Assembly: GCA_965205265.1 (NCBI GenBank)
Contig: CBDBGH010000003.1
Coordinates: forward strand, 3,328,001 to 3,392,000
DNA: 64,000 nucleotides
Reading direction: 5' to 3'
Source: Alphaproteobacteria bacterium
GTDB taxonomy: Bacteria > Pseudomonadota > Alphaproteobacteria > Bin95
Part shown: in pieces, positions 23,816-34,580 of the stretch
Position numbering within the stretch: position 1 is the first letter of the stretch
How the letters are laid out: each line of letters begins with the position of its first letter
Made by a program: the position numbers and the translations under genes
Notes under the pieces: generated by a model
What the model was told of the DNA's origin: nothing
What the model saw: only the letters and a program-made list of their open reading frames with translations
Database searches by the model: none

Positions 23816-24319
23816 ATGTTCCTCAGAACCCTGATCCTGCTCATTCTGGCCGCAGCCGCGCAGCCCGCGGCCGCCCAGGTCGTCCAGGGCGAGACGTCCG
23901 GCGACTGGACGAAAGGCTGCCTCCAGCCGCGCAAGGACAGGCCGAACGCCCCGGAGCAGTGCTTTGTCTTCCAACGCCTCTTCCCTCCGGGCTCCGAGCA
24001 GGCGGCAGCCACGGTCGCAGTCGGGCGTCCGGGGCCCGGCAAACCGTTGCTGGCGTCACTGACAGTCCCGCTCGGGGTCAACCTGCCCCAGGGAATCACG
24101 GTCTGGGTCGAGGGCGATGAAAAAGCCGTCCGGCGGCCGCCGCTGTTGTTCTGCGTCAATGCCGGCTGCGAGGCGAACATGCGGATGGACGACGTGATGA
24201 TGAAGGCATTCAAGCTGCATCTGAACGCCGCGCTGTCCTTCACCATGGTGGATGGCCGGCAGGTCACCCTTCCGATCTCGCTGCGCGGCTTCACGCACGC
24301 GCTCACCTTCCTCGAGTGA
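23816..24319 (+). CDS. Invasion-associated locus B (IalB) family protein
   Basis: Signal peptide, DW..C, PLGVNLP.G, C..AGC, ISLRGF. Confidence 0.85.
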   Translation: MFLRTLILLILAAAAQPAAAQVVQGETSGDWTKGCLQPRKDRPNAPEQCFVFQRLFPPGSEQAAATVAVGRPGPGKPLLASLTVPLGVNLPQGITVWVEGDEKAVRRPPLLFCVNAGCEANMRMDDVMMKAFKLHLNAALSFTMVDGRQVTLPISLRGFTHALTFLE

Positions 24320-25398
24320 AGCCCGCCGGCATCCTGCCCTCGCAGCTCCTGCGCAAAGCGGTCGAGGCCGGCGCGCTCACCGCCTCCAGACCTGTCCTGG
24401 AAGACCAGATTCAGCCGGCGAGCCTGGACCTCCGGCTGGGCCGGCGCGCCTGGCGGGTCCGGGCGAGCTTCCTGCCGGACCCGGACGGCGCGCTGGCCGG
24501 ACGCATCGGCCGCCACGCCATGCATGAGATCGATCTCGCTGGGGGCGCAGTGCTGGAACGCGGCTGCGTCTATATCGCCGAACTCATGGAGCGGGCGGCG
24601 CTCGACGCCGGCACGGCGGCCGTTGCCAATCCGAAGAGCTCCACCGGACGCCTCGACGTGTTTGCGCGACTGATCGCCGACCGCGTGCCGGAATTCGACC
24701 GGCTGCCTGCCGGCTACGAGGGGCGGCTCTATGTGGAACTCGCGCCGCGCACTTTCTCCATCCTCGTCCGCGAAGGCGCGCGCCTGGTGCAGCTCCGCCT
24801 GCGAAGGGGGACGCAGGCGGGCGACGACCCCGCGTTGCGCGACCTGCATGCGCGCGATGCGCTGGTGAACCGCGAAGCCGTCATCGACGACGGGCTCGTG
24901 CTCACGGTTGACACCCAGGGACAGGGCGGCGTCATCGCCTGGAAGGCCCGCGCCCACACCGGACTCGTCGATGTCGAGCGCATCGGCCATTACGAACCCG
25001 AGGAGTTCTGGGAGCCGGTCACCGCCCGGCCCGGCCGCGGCATTGTGCTCAATCCGGACGACTTCTACATCCTCGCATCGAAGGAGACCGTCGCGATTCC
25101 CCCCGACCATGCGGCCGAAATGCGCCCTTACGACACTCGCGTCGGCGAGTTCCGCGTCCATTATGCCGGTTTCTTCGACCCCGGTTTCGGTTACGGCGCC
25201 GGCAGCCGGGCGGTGCTGGAGGTACGCGCCCATGATGTGCCCTTCGTCGTCGAGGACGGCCAGCCGGTCGGGCGGTTGATCTACGAGGCGATGCTGGAGA
25301 CCCCGGACAAGATTTACGGCGGCGGCATCGGCTCCACCTACCAGGCGCAGGGCCTGCGCCTCGGCAAGCAGTTCCGCCAGCCGGAAGGCGGCGGATAG
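24316..25398 (+). CDS. dcd: dCTP deaminase (long alphaproteobacterial type)
   Basis: [40 protein letters not shown]. Confidence 0.92.
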   Translation: MKPAGILPSQLLRKAVEAGALTASRPVLEDQIQPASLDLRLGRRAWRVRASFLPDPDGALAGRIGRHAMHEIDLAGGAVLERGCVYIAELMERAALDAGTAAVANPKSSTGRLDVFARLIADRVPEFDRLPAGYEGRLYVELAPRTFSILVREGARLVQLRLRRGTQAGDDPALRDLHARDALVNREAVIDDGLVLTVDTQGQGGVIAWKARAHTGLVDVERIGHYEPEEFWEPVTARPGRGIVLNPDDFYILASKETVAIPPDHAAEMRPYDTRVGEFRVHYAGFFDPGFGYGAGSRAVLEVRAHDVPFVVEDGQPVGRLIYEAMLETPDKIYGGGIGSTYQAQGLRLGKQFRQPEGGG

Positions 25399-25466
25399 GG
25401 TCTGGAAAAAACCGCCCGAGGGCGCGACTATCGGGCAGACCCGGAGACGAGCGGGAGACGACGGCG

Positions 25467-27413
25467 ATGAGCGAGCGGACGATTTTTCCGGTGACGGCCG
25501 GCGCATCCAGAGGCGCGCATGTGGATGCGGCGGCCTATGAGGCGATGTACCGCCGGTCGGTGGAAGATCCGGAAGGCTTCTGGGCGGAACAGGCCGGGAG
25601 GCTCGACTGGATAAGGCCCTTCACAAAGGTGAAAGACGTTTCCTGGGCGAAGGACGACCTGCATATCCGCTGGTTCGAGGACGGCACGCTCAACGCCTCC
25701 GCCAATTGCCTCGACCGCCATCTCGCCCGGCGCGGGGAGCAGACGGCGATCATCTGGGAAGGCGACGACCCGGACCTGTCCGAGCACATCACCTATCGCG
25801 ACCTGCATGAGCGGGTGTGCAAATTCGCCAATGTGCTGAAGGCGCGGGGGGTGAAGCGGGGCGACAGGGTGACGATCTACCTGCCCATGATCCCGGAAAT
25901 CGCCGTCGCGGTGCTTGCCTGCGCGCGCATCGGCGCGATCCACTCGGTGGTCTTCGGCGGCTTCTCGCCGGACGCTCTCGCCGGGCGCATCACCGACTGC
26001 GCCTCGACCGTGGTCGTCACGGCCGACGAGGGGCTGCGCGGCGGGCGCAGAGTGCCGCTCAAGGCCAATACCGACGCCGCGCTCGCGTCCTGCCCGGACT
26101 GCACGACCTGCATCGTGGTCCGCCGCACCGGCGGCGGGATCGGCTGGGTGGACGGCCGCGACTACTGGTACGAGGACGAGATGGCGGGCGCATCGGCCGA
26201 CTGCCCGCCGGAGGAGATGGGCGCGGAGGACCCGCTCTTCATCCTCTACACCTCGGGTTCCACCGGCAAGCCGAAGGGCGTGCTGCACACGACCGGCGGA
26301 TACCTCACCTTCGCCGCCATGACGCACGAACTCACCTTCGACTATCGCGACGGCGAAGTGTTCTGGTGCACCGCCGATGTCGGCTGGGTCACGGGCCACA
26401 GCTACATTCTCTACGGGCCCCTCGCCAACGGCGCGGTGACGTTGATGTTCGAAGGCGTGCCGAACTACCCGGACAGCTCGCGCTTCTGGCAGGTGTGCGA
26501 CAAACACAATGTCTCGATCTTCTATACCGCGCCTACGGCCATCCGGGCGCTGATGCGCGAGGGCGACGAGCCCGTGAAGGCGACCTCGCGCAAGAGCCTG
26601 CGCATCCTCGGCACGGTCGGCGAGCCGATCAATCCGGAAGCCTGGCTCTGGTATTACGACGTGGTGGGCGATGGGCGCTGCCCGATCGTGGATACCTGGT
26701 GGCAGACCGAGACCGGCGGCCACCTGATAACGCCGCTGCCGGGCGCAACCGACCTCAAGCCCGGTTCCGCCACCAGGCCCTTCTTCGGCGTGCAGCCCGC
26801 GCTCGTGGACAATGAAGGCGCGCTGCTTGAAGGCGCCGTCTCCGGCAATCTCGTCATCCTCGACAGCTGGCCCGGCCAGATGCGCACGGTCTATGGCGAT
26901 CACCAGCGCTTCATCGACACCTATTTCTCCACCTATGAGGGCATGTATTTCACCGGGGACGGCGCGGTCCGGGACGAGGACGGCTATTTCTGGATCACCG
27001 GGCGGGTGGACGATGTCATCAACGTTTCCGGCCACCGCATGGGCACCGCGGAGGTGGAGAGCGCGCTGGTGGCGCACGAAAAGGTGGCCGAAGCCGCCGT
27101 GGTCGGCTACCCGCACGACATCAAGGGCCAGGGTATCTACGCCTATGTGACGCTCAATCTCGGCGAGGAGCCTTCCGACGACCTCAATGCCGAGCTGGTG
27201 CGCTGGGTGCGCTCGGAGATCGGCCCGATCGCCACGCCGGACCTGATCCAGTGGGCGCCGGGACTGCCCAAGACGCGCTCCGGCAAGATCATGCGGCGTA
27301 TCCTGCGCAAGATCGCGGAGGACGATTTCGGCAATCTCGGCGACACCTCGACGCTCGCCGAACCGGCCGTGGTGGACGACCTGGTCCAGAATCGGCGCAA
27401 CCGGCGCGACTGA
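25467..27413 (+). CDS. acs: Acetyl-CoA synthetase
   Basis: [32 protein letters not shown]. Confidence 0.97.
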   Translation: MSERTIFPVTAGASRGAHVDAAAYEAMYRRSVEDPEGFWAEQAGRLDWIRPFTKVKDVSWAKDDLHIRWFEDGTLNASANCLDRHLARRGEQTAIIWEGDDPDLSEHITYRDLHERVCKFANVLKARGVKRGDRVTIYLPMIPEIAVAVLACARIGAIHSVVFGGFSPDALAGRITDCASTVVVTADEGLRGGRRVPLKANTDAALASCPDCTTCIVVRRTGGGIGWVDGRDYWYEDEMAGASADCPPEEMGAEDPLFILYTSGSTGKPKGVLHTTGGYLTFAAMTHELTFDYRDGEVFWCTADVGWVTGHSYILYGPLANGAVTLMFEGVPNYPDSSRFWQVCDKHNVSIFYTAPTAIRALMREGDEPVKATSRKSLRILGTVGEPINPEAWLWYYDVVGDGRCPIVDTWWQTETGGHLITPLPGATDLKPGSATRPFFGVQPALVDNEGALLEGAVSGNLVILDSWPGQMRTVYGDHQRFIDTYFSTYEGMYFTGDGAVRDEDGYFWITGRVDDVINVSGHRMGTAEVESALVAHEKVAEAAVVGYPHDIKGQGIYAYVTLNLGEEPSDDLNAELVRWVRSEIGPIATPDLIQWAPGLPKTRSGKIMRRILRKIAEDDFGNLGDTSTLAEPAVVDDLVQNRRNRRD

Positions 27414-27436
27414 CCGGCAAAGGGAGACTGCGCGTC

Positions 27437-28723
27437 ATGCTTCGGGACCGCTACGGCCTCGTCCTTTCGACGGAGTCGGCGGCGGCGCGCGACGCCTATG
27501 TCGAGGCGATGGACCTGTTCCTCGGCGCCAATGCGGGCGCCGAGCAGGGGTTTGCGCGCGCCGCTCTGGAAGACCCTTCCTTCGCGCTCGCCCATGCCGG
27601 GCAGGCGCGGGCGCTGCAAATGCGGGGGCGGGGGCGTGAGGCGGCGGACGCGATGGGCGCGGCGCGCGCTGCCGCAATCGGGTGCTCTGCCAGGGAGGCC
27701 GGCCATCTGAACGCGCTCGGCCTCCTGATCGACGGCGACGGGCCGGGCGCCTATGCCGCAATCCTCGCCCATCTGAGGGAATGGCCGCTGGACGCGATGA
27801 TCGCCCAGCCCTGCTGCGGCGTGTTCGGGCTGATCGGCTTCAGCGGCCGGGCGGGGCGCGAGGCTGAGCAACTGGCCTTCACCGACCGGCTGGCGCCGCA
27901 TTACGGCGATGACTGGTGGTTCCTCGCCCAGCACGGCTTCTCGCAGGTGGAAGCCGGCCAGGTGGCGGAGGCCGAGCGCCTGCTGGAACGGGCGCTTGCC
28001 GGCAATCCCCGCAACGCCAATGCCGCGCATATCCGTGCGCATGTCCACTACGAGGCCGGGGAATTCGAGGAGGGGCTCGCGCGGCTCGACACCTGGCGGC
28101 AGGACTACGACCCGGAGGCGCAGCTTTCCTGCCATATCGCCTGGCATGTAGCGATCTGGCGGGCCGCAGAGGGCGATATGGACGAGGCCTGGCGGGTTTT
28201 CGAGGCCGATGTCGCGCCGGGCGGCGCTTGGGGGCCGCCGATCAATGTGCTGACCGACAGCGCCGCCTTCGTGCTGCGCGCAGAGCTCGCGGGCGGAGCC
28301 GCGCCCGACGGCACCTGGGAGCGGCTCAGCGACTATGCCGGCGAGTTCTTCCCGAATCCCGGCATCGCGTTCGCCGACATTCACGCCGCGTTGGCGCATG
28401 CCATGGCCGGGCGCGGCGGCGCCCTGATGCGCATCGTCGAGGCCGCCGCCGGACCTGCGGGCGACATGGTATCGGGGCTGGCCGAGGCCCTTGGCGCCTA
28501 TGCCCGGAGCGACTGGGAAGGCGCGGTCTCGCGACTGGCCCCCTGGATGGCGACGCATGAACGCATCGGCGGCAGCCGCGCTCAACGCGACCTGCTCGAA
28601 TTCGCGCTCATCGGCGCGCTGCTGCGCAGCGGCCGGACCGAAGAGGCCCGCCGCCTTCTTGTCCTCCGCCGCCCCGTCCACGCCCCGGCCCCGCCGCTTG
28701 CCGCCCTGCGCATGGCAGCCTGA
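27437..28723 (+). CDS. Tetratricopeptide repeat protein (TTC38-like)
   Basis: AAH..AHVHYE, CHIAWH, RIGGSRAQRDL motifs. Confidence 0.85.
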   Translation: MLRDRYGLVLSTESAAARDAYVEAMDLFLGANAGAEQGFARAALEDPSFALAHAGQARALQMRGRGREAADAMGAARAAAIGCSAREAGHLNALGLLIDGDGPGAYAAILAHLREWPLDAMIAQPCCGVFGLIGFSGRAGREAEQLAFTDRLAPHYGDDWWFLAQHGFSQVEAGQVAEAERLLERALAGNPRNANAAHIRAHVHYEAGEFEEGLARLDTWRQDYDPEAQLSCHIAWHVAIWRAAEGDMDEAWRVFEADVAPGGAWGPPINVLTDSAAFVLRAELAGGAAPDGTWERLSDYAGEFFPNPGIAFADIHAALAHAMAGRGGALMRIVEAAAGPAGDMVSGLAEALGAYARSDWEGAVSRLAPWMATHERIGGSRAQRDLLEFALIGALLRSGRTEEARRLLVLRRPVHAPAPPLAALRMAA

Positions 28724-28834
28724 AATTCCGAAGCCTCGCGTCCGGCCGGACCGGGTGGAAAAGGCGCGATTACCGACAGTCCTTTTCGCAAACGACGCCC
28801 GGAACAGGGCAAGGCGTTGCATTTGTTGGGCCTA

Positions 28835-28855
28835 TTCCGATTTTATATATTGGAA
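28835..28855. promoter_or_regulatory. Imperfect palindrome upstream of LysR (probable LysR autoregulatory site)
   Basis: TTCCGAT-TTTATAT-ATTGGAA in an AT-rich intergenic stretch. Confidence 0.45.
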
Positions 28856-28879
28856 GTCTAAATGCTTTGGTAAATCAAA

Positions 28880-29779
28880 ATGGGTCGAAACATGATCGAT
28901 ATCGATACCAAGCTCTTCCGTTCTTTCCTCTGTGTCGCCGCAGAGCAGAGCTTCTCGACGGCTGCCCGACGGCTGGAGTACTCCCAGGCGACCATGTCGC
29001 TGCACATACGCGCGCTGGAAGAAAAACTCGGCGTCCGCCTGTTTCGCCGAAGTCCCCACAATGTGACGCTGACGGCCGAGGGACACCGGTTGCTGCCGGA
29101 AATCCGGGCGTTGGTGGACATGCATGACGGGATGGTCGGACGGCTGCAGTCGGGGCCCGTTTACGGCCAGGTCCGCCTTGGTGTCGAACAGGCCTGCGCC
29201 GTCTCGATTCTGCCCGGGCTTCTGAACTATGCGGTCGAGGAGCTCCCATCGATGGATCTGGATGTCCGGTGCCAGCCAAGCGAACGCCTTGGACAAATGA
29301 TTGAGGCGCGCCTGCTGGACCTCGCCATCGTCTTCCTGCAGCGCGAAGAGCCCTCGGCCCTGGTTCTGGGACAACCGCAACTGCACTGGGTCGCATCTCC
29401 CGATTTCCAGCTTGATGGCGAGGCGCCCGTTCCGGTGGCCTGGGGCGAGAAGGACAGCTCCTTCCGAGCCGCGGGAATTGCCGAACTGAGTCGCCATGGA
29501 GTCGCAAGCCGGGAGATTTTTCGGAGTTCCGACGAGCAAGCCGTGAAGGTCGCCGTTGAAACCGGAGTAGCCGTCACCGTCATGGCCGAAGGAACCATTC
29601 CGGACACGCTCGAGGTACTCCGCCCGCGCGCAAACCTTCCGCCGCTCGGCAAGACCTTCATCCAGCTGCTGGAGAGGCCGGGGCCGCACTCCGAAGCGAC
29701 CGAAACGGTCAAACGGAAGATTGTCGATACCTACCGGGAGCCGGCCACCCGGATTCCCCTGATGGCGGATGCGGTATAA
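28880..29779 (+). CDS. LysR-family transcriptional regulator
   Basis: SFSTAARRLEYSQATMS.HIRALEEKLGVRLF.R HTH followed by a substrate-binding domain. Confidence 0.93.
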   Translation: MGRNMIDIDTKLFRSFLCVAAEQSFSTAARRLEYSQATMSLHIRALEEKLGVRLFRRSPHNVTLTAEGHRLLPEIRALVDMHDGMVGRLQSGPVYGQVRLGVEQACAVSILPGLLNYAVEELPSMDLDVRCQPSERLGQMIEARLLDLAIVFLQREEPSALVLGQPQLHWVASPDFQLDGEAPVPVAWGEKDSSFRAAGIAELSRHGVASREIFRSSDEQAVKVAVETGVAVTVMAEGTIPDTLEVLRPRANLPPLGKTFIQLLERPGPHSEATETVKRKIVDTYREPATRIPLMADAV

Positions 29780-29858
29780 CGCCACCGTCAACGCAAGACG
29801 CCGCCTGAATTTCCCGGGTCGATCCGGCGTTCCCGCAGGAAACCCGAGGCAGTGCCTG

Positions 29859-31151
29859 CTATTGCCGGCCCCGCCGGCCCGCACACTCCGTCAACGCCCG
29901 GTCGAGAATATCCATGGCAGTGTCGATCTGCCCGCGCGTCACGGTGAGCGGCGGCGCGATCCGGAAGATATGCGCGCTTGCCTGCCGGGCGATGTTGAGG
30001 CTCGCGCCGAGTTCGATGCAGCGCCGCCCGACTTCGTGGCCCAATCGGTTCGCGGGCGTCTTGCCGTGCCGGTCCTCGACCAGTTCCATGCCGAGCAGCA
30101 GCCCACGGCCGCGCACGTCGCCGATGCACTCATGGCGCTGCTGGAGGTCGAGCAGGACGGCCTTCATATAGGCTCCGAGGTCCCGGGCGCGCTCCTCGAG
30201 CCGGTCGCGGACCAGGATCTCCACCACCTTGGCTCCGACCGCCGCCGGCAGCGGGTCGGCTGTATGGGTGGTGTAGAACAGGAAGTCGTTTTCGTAGCAC
30301 GTCTGTTCCAGCGCGGCCGAAGCCACCGTCGCGGAGAGCGGCAGGCCCGCGCCCAGCGTCTTGGAGAGCGTCAGGATGTCGGGGACGACGCCTTCATGCT
30401 CGAAGGCGAAGCGAGCGCCCGTGCGCCCGAGGCCCGTCTGCGCCTCGTCGTAGATGAGCAGCATGCCGCGTGCCCGGCAGTGTTCGGCGAGCGCGGTCGG
30501 ATAGCCGTCCGGAAGCTCGATGACGCCGCCCGAACTCAGCACTGGCTCCAGGATCATGGCGGCGAGGCTGCCGGTCGTCTGCCGGTCCACCATCTCGAAG
30601 CCCCAGTCGAGCTCCGCGCGCCAGTCATAGTCCCCGTTGGACGCGAAGGGCGAGCGGTAGGCATAAGGCGTCGGCAGCGCCAGCACGCCGGGCACCGGCG
30701 CCCCGTAACCCCGCCGCGCCCCGTTGAAGGTCGCCGATCCGGCGCCGCCGGTGATTCCGTGCCAGGACCGGTCGAAGGCGACGATCTCGTAGCGGCCCGT
30801 GGCGAGCTTCGCCATCTTGAGCGCCGCCTCGTTGGACTCGCCACCCGTGCTGAGCGGCAGCACCTTGGAGAGCTTGTCCGGCAGCAGATCGCTCAGCGCC
30901 CTCGAAAACTCGATAACCGGGTCGGAAAGGAAGCTGCTGTGGACATGGTCCAGGCGCTCGATCCCGTCTCTTACCGCCGCAGCGATCTCCGGATGCGCAT
31001 GGCCGAGAATCGAGCTCATCTGCCCGGAGGTGAAATCGAGGATCTCGCGCCCCTCGCGGTCGCGGATTACGGCCCCGCCGGCACTGGCGATGATCGTGTC
31101 CGAGAACTCATGCGTGTAGCGGAAGATATGCTCGGTTCCGGGCATGGACAT
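29859..31151 (-). CDS. dgdA: Class III PLP aminotransferase, 2,2-dialkylglycine decarboxylase-like
   Basis: DFTSGQMSSILGH.HPE, DEAQTGLGRTG, PLP lysine SKTLGAG, FYTTH..DP. Confidence 0.75.
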   Translation of the reverse strand: MSMPGTEHIFRYTHEFSDTIIASAGGAVIRDREGREILDFTSGQMSSILGHAHPEIAAAVRDGIERLDHVHSSFLSDPVIEFSRALSDLLPDKLSKVLPLSTGGESNEAALKMAKLATGRYEIVAFDRSWHGITGGAGSATFNGARRGYGAPVPGVLALPTPYAYRSPFASNGDYDWRAELDWGFEMVDRQTTGSLAAMILEPVLSSGGVIELPDGYPTALAEHCRARGMLLIYDEAQTGLGRTGARFAFEHEGVVPDILTLSKTLGAGLPLSATVASAALEQTCYENDFLFYTTHTADPLPAAVGAKVVEILVRDRLEERARDLGAYMKAVLLDLQQRHECIGDVRGRGLLLGMELVEDRHGKTPANRLGHEVGRRCIELGASLNIARQASAHIFRIAPPLTVTRGQIDTAMDILDRALTECAGRRGRQ

Positions 31152-31184
31152 CGCCAGCGCCTCCTTGTCTGCTGCTCCGCAGCC

Positions 31185-32606
31185 TTATTCCGCCGGAATG
31201 CGGGCGATGCGCAGCACATTCGTGGCGCCGGGGGTGCCGAACGGCACGCCCGCGGTGATGACCACCGTGTCGCCCGGCCCCGCGACATCCTCGAGCGCGG
31301 CGGCGGCCACCGCCTTGCGCACCATTTCGTCGAAATCGCGCACATCGGCCGTATGGACGCTGTGAACGCCGCAGGTGAGCGAGAGGCGCCGCGCGGTGGC
31401 GAGCTCGGAGGTCACGCCCAGAATCGGCTGCTCCGGGCGTTCGCGGGCGGCGCGCAGCGTCGTCGAGCCCGACGTGGTGTAGGTCACGATGGCGGCCGCT
31501 CCGATCGTGTCGGCCACCTGGTGGGCGGCGGCCGAGATGGCGTCCGCCGAGGTCGCCATGGGCGGGCGCTGTTCGGCCGCCGCGATGCGCCGGTGCGACG
31601 GGTCTCGCTCCACCCGGTCGATTACCCGGCCCATGATCTCGACCGCCGCCGTCGGATGGGAGCCGGCCGCGGTCTCCGCCGAAAGCATGACCGCATCCGC
31701 CCCGTCATAGACCGCGGTCGCCACATCCGAGACCTCCGCGCGCGTCGGCGCCGGAGCATGCACCATCGATTCCAGCATCTGGGTCGCCACGATTACCGGC
31801 TTGCCCGCATCGCGGCAGGTGCGGATGATCGTCTTCTGGGCGATCGGCACCTCTTCCGCCGGCATTTCGACCCCGAGATCGCCGCGCGCCACCATTACGG
31901 CGTCGGCGGCGGAGACAATTTCCTCGATGCAGTCGAGCGCGGCGGGTTTCTCCACCTTGACCAGAACATGCGCCCGGCTGCCGATCAAACGGCGCGCCTC
32001 CGCGACATCCTCCGGGCGCTGCACGAAGGAGAGCGCGATCCATTCGACGCCGAGCCCGAGCGCGAAACGCAGGTCCGTGCGGTCCTTCTCGGTGAGCGGC
32101 GAGATCGGCAGCAAGACGCCCGGCAGGTTGATGCCCTTGCGGTCGCTCAGCCGCCCGCCGTCCACCACCTGCGTCTCCAGCGCCGCCTCGGACTTGGACA
32201 GCACCTTCAGCCGGAGCCGCCCGTCATCGAGCAGCATGTCGTCGCCCGCGCCGACGGCCGAGAAGATTTCCGGGTGCGGCACCGAGGCGCGGGCGGCCGT
32301 GCCGGGCCTGTCGCTGCGGTCCAGCATGAAGCGCCGGCCCGGCTCCAGTTCGACGCTCCCGCCCTCGAAGGCGCCGACCCGGAGTTTCGGGCCCTGCATG
32401 TCGGCCATGATGCCGATGGGCCGGAAGGCATGGCGCTCCAGCTCGCGCAGGATGCGGTGGCGCCTCGCATGGTCCTCGGGCTGTCCGTGGCTGAAATTGA
32501 AGCGGAACACATCGACGCCGGCCTCGAACAGCGCCTCGATGGCCTCCGCGCTCGAGGTCGCCGGCCCGAGCGTTGCGACGATCTTGGCCCTCCGCTTGCC
32601 GCTCAT
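31185..32606 (-). CDS. pyk: Pyruvate kinase
   Basis: KIVATLGPA, RFNFSHG, MVARGDLGVE, ATQMLESM, DAVMLSAETA. Confidence 0.96.
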   Translation of the reverse strand: MSGKRRAKIVATLGPATSSAEAIEALFEAGVDVFRFNFSHGQPEDHARRHRILRELERHAFRPIGIMADMQGPKLRVGAFEGGSVELEPGRRFMLDRSDRPGTAARASVPHPEIFSAVGAGDDMLLDDGRLRLKVLSKSEAALETQVVDGGRLSDRKGINLPGVLLPISPLTEKDRTDLRFALGLGVEWIALSFVQRPEDVAEARRLIGSRAHVLVKVEKPAALDCIEEIVSAADAVMVARGDLGVEMPAEEVPIAQKTIIRTCRDAGKPVIVATQMLESMVHAPAPTRAEVSDVATAVYDGADAVMLSAETAAGSHPTAAVEIMGRVIDRVERDPSHRRIAAAEQRPPMATSADAISAAAHQVADTIGAAAIVTYTTSGSTTLRAARERPEQPILGVTSELATARRLSLTCGVHSVHTADVRDFDEMVRKAVAAAALEDVAGPGDTVVITAGVPFGTPGATNVLRIARIPAE

Positions 32607-32619
32607 CCCGTCCTCCCCA

Positions 32620-33831
32620 TTACCGCTCGATCAGGATAGCGCGGAAATCGTTGACGTTAGTAAGTGTCGGCCCTGTGACAACCAGGTCGCCCAGAGCCGA
32701 GAACACGGCGTAGGCGTTGTTTTCGCGCAGACATGCCGCCGGGTCGAGGCCGAGCGCCCGCGCCCGCGCCAGGCTGTCGGGGCGGAGCAACGCGCCCGCG
32801 CAATCGCCCGCGCCGTCGATCCCGTCCGTGTCGCCGGCGATGGCGTGGATGCCGGGTGCGCCGTCGAGCGCGAGCGCAAGCCCCAGCAGGAACTCCAGAT
32901 TGCGCCCGCCTTTGCCCTTGCCGCGCACCGTCACGGTCGTCTCGCCGCCGGAAAGCAGCAGGCAGGGCGGCGGGAACGGGGCGGCGAAGGCGCGGGCATG
33001 GAGCGCGATGCCGGCCATGACCTTGCCCGCCTCGCGCGCTTCGCCCTCGATCCGGTCCGAGAGCAGCCAGGCGGGCGGCCCGTCCGGTGCGGCGTCGAGC
33101 AGGCATTCCCTGGGCGTGGCGACCAGGCGGAATTCGCACCGCTCCAGCCGCTTCGGCGTCTCCTCGAGGCCGGCCAGCGGCTCGATCCCGTTGGCCTCCA
33201 GCACGCGCCCGGCATCGGCGAGCGTCGTCGGGTCGGGCACGGTCGGGCCCGACGCGATGACCGCGGGATCGTCCCCCGGCACGTCGGATATGGCCAGCGT
33301 GACGGTTCGCGCCGGAAAGGCCGCAGCCGCCAGCCGCCCGCCCTTCACCGCCGACATATGCTTGCGCACCGTGTTGATCTCGTGGATCGAGGCGCCCGAG
33401 GCGAGCAACCGGCCCGTCACCGCCTGCTTGGTCTCGAAGGAGACGCCCGGCAGCGGCAATGCCAGCAGCGCCGAGCCGCCGCCGGAGGCGAGGAATACGA
33501 AAAGGTCGTCCGGCCCGAGCGCGCGCGCCGCCTCCAGAATCCGCGCCGCGGCCTCGCGCCCGGCGGCGTCCGGCATGGGGTGCCCGGCCTCGATCACCTC
33601 GATCCGCTCGCAGGGGGCGGCGTGGCCGTAGCGGGTGACGGCGATACCCTCCAGCGGGCCGGGCCATGCCGCTTCGAACGCGGCCGCCATCGACCCCGCC
33701 GCCTTGCCGGCCGCCGCCACGAAGGTGCGCCCTTCGGGCGGCGCGGGCAGATGCCGGGCGAGCGACAGCGCCGGGTCGGCGCGCGCGACCGCGCGTTCGA
33801 AGGCCCGGCGGAGGATCGATTCCGGCTGCAT
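32620..33831 (-). CDS. Glycerate 2-kinase / hydroxypyruvate reductase (TtuD, MOFRL family)
   Basis: GKAA..MA, SGGGSAL, ISDVPGD..IASGPT, GGETTV, DTDGIDG, TLTNVND. Confidence 0.92.
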   Translation of the reverse strand: MQPESILRRAFERAVARADPALSLARHLPAPPEGRTFVAAAGKAAGSMAAAFEAAWPGPLEGIAVTRYGHAAPCERIEVIEAGHPMPDAAGREAAARILEAARALGPDDLFVFLASGGGSALLALPLPGVSFETKQAVTGRLLASGASIHEINTVRKHMSAVKGGRLAAAAFPARTVTLAISDVPGDDPAVIASGPTVPDPTTLADAGRVLEANGIEPLAGLEETPKRLERCEFRLVATPRECLLDAAPDGPPAWLLSDRIEGEAREAGKVMAGIALHARAFAAPFPPPCLLLSGGETTVTVRGKGKGGRNLEFLLGLALALDGAPGIHAIAGDTDGIDGAGDCAGALLRPDSLARARALGLDPAACLRENNAYAVFSALGDLVVTGPTLTNVNDFRAILIER

Positions 33832-33884
33832 GATCGGCTAGTTTAGCCGCGACCCCGTTTCCTGGCGATTGAGTAGCGAGACCG

Positions 33885-34175
33885 ATGACCGACAAGACAA
33901 CGACCGAGCTGGAGGCCGCCGCCTTCCGCACCCTGGTGCAGCATCTGCGCGACAACCCGGATGTCCAGAATATCGACCTGATGAACCTCGCCGGCTTCTG
34001 CCGCAACTGCCTCTCCAAATGGTACCGGGCGGCGGCCGAGGAGCGCGGCCTCGACATGGACTACGAGACGGCGCGCGAGATCGTCTATGGCATGCCCTAT
34101 GCCGACTACAAGGCGAAGCACCAGAAGGAGGCGACGCCGGAGCAGATGGCCGCCTTCCAGTCGAAGGCGCACTGA
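33885..34175 (+). CDS. DUF1244 protein
   Basis: DVQNIDLMNLAGFCRNCLSKW, YGMPY. Confidence 0.9.
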   Translation: MTDKTTTELEAAAFRTLVQHLRDNPDVQNIDLMNLAGFCRNCLSKWYRAAAEERGLDMDYETAREIVYGMPYADYKAKHQKEATPEQMAAFQSKAH

Positions 34176-34187
34176 ACCGTGCAGGAC

Positions 34188-34463
34188 ATGGCCGACGGAG
34201 GGGCGACGGAACGCGAAACCGGCGGGGTGACCGCCGGGCAGCTGCGCGCCTTCATCGAGCGGGTCGAGCGGCTGGAAGAGGAGAAGGCCGCGCTCATGGC
34301 CGATATCCGCGAAGTCTATGCGGAGGCGAAGGCGCACGGCTTCGATGTGAAGACCATGCGCCAGATCGTGCGGCTGCGGAAGATGGACAGCGCCGACCGC
34401 GCCGAGCAGGAGGCGCTGCTGGACCTCTACAAGGGCGCACTGGGCATGGCGCCGGACGGATAG
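34188..34463 (+). CDS. gapR: Nucleoid-associated protein GapR (DUF2312)
   Basis: QLRAFIERVERLEEEK..DIREVYAEAK.HGFD. Confidence 0.9.
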   Translation: MADGGATERETGGVTAGQLRAFIERVERLEEEKAALMADIREVYAEAKAHGFDVKTMRQIVRLRKMDSADRAEQEALLDLYKGALGMAPDG

Positions 34464-34580
34464 CCGGCCCGCGCGCGCCTTCGCAATCGCGGGGCGCATT
34501 GCAGTCTCCCCGCCCGGCAGGCAGAGTCGGGTCATGCGGCCGTCGCGCGGGCGGCCGGCAGGCAAGGCAGGGAGGAGGCG

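Noticed and set aside
28835-28860. dif site
   Set aside because: AT-rich palindrome, but it lacks the XerD-arm TTATG consensus and is better explained as a LysR box.
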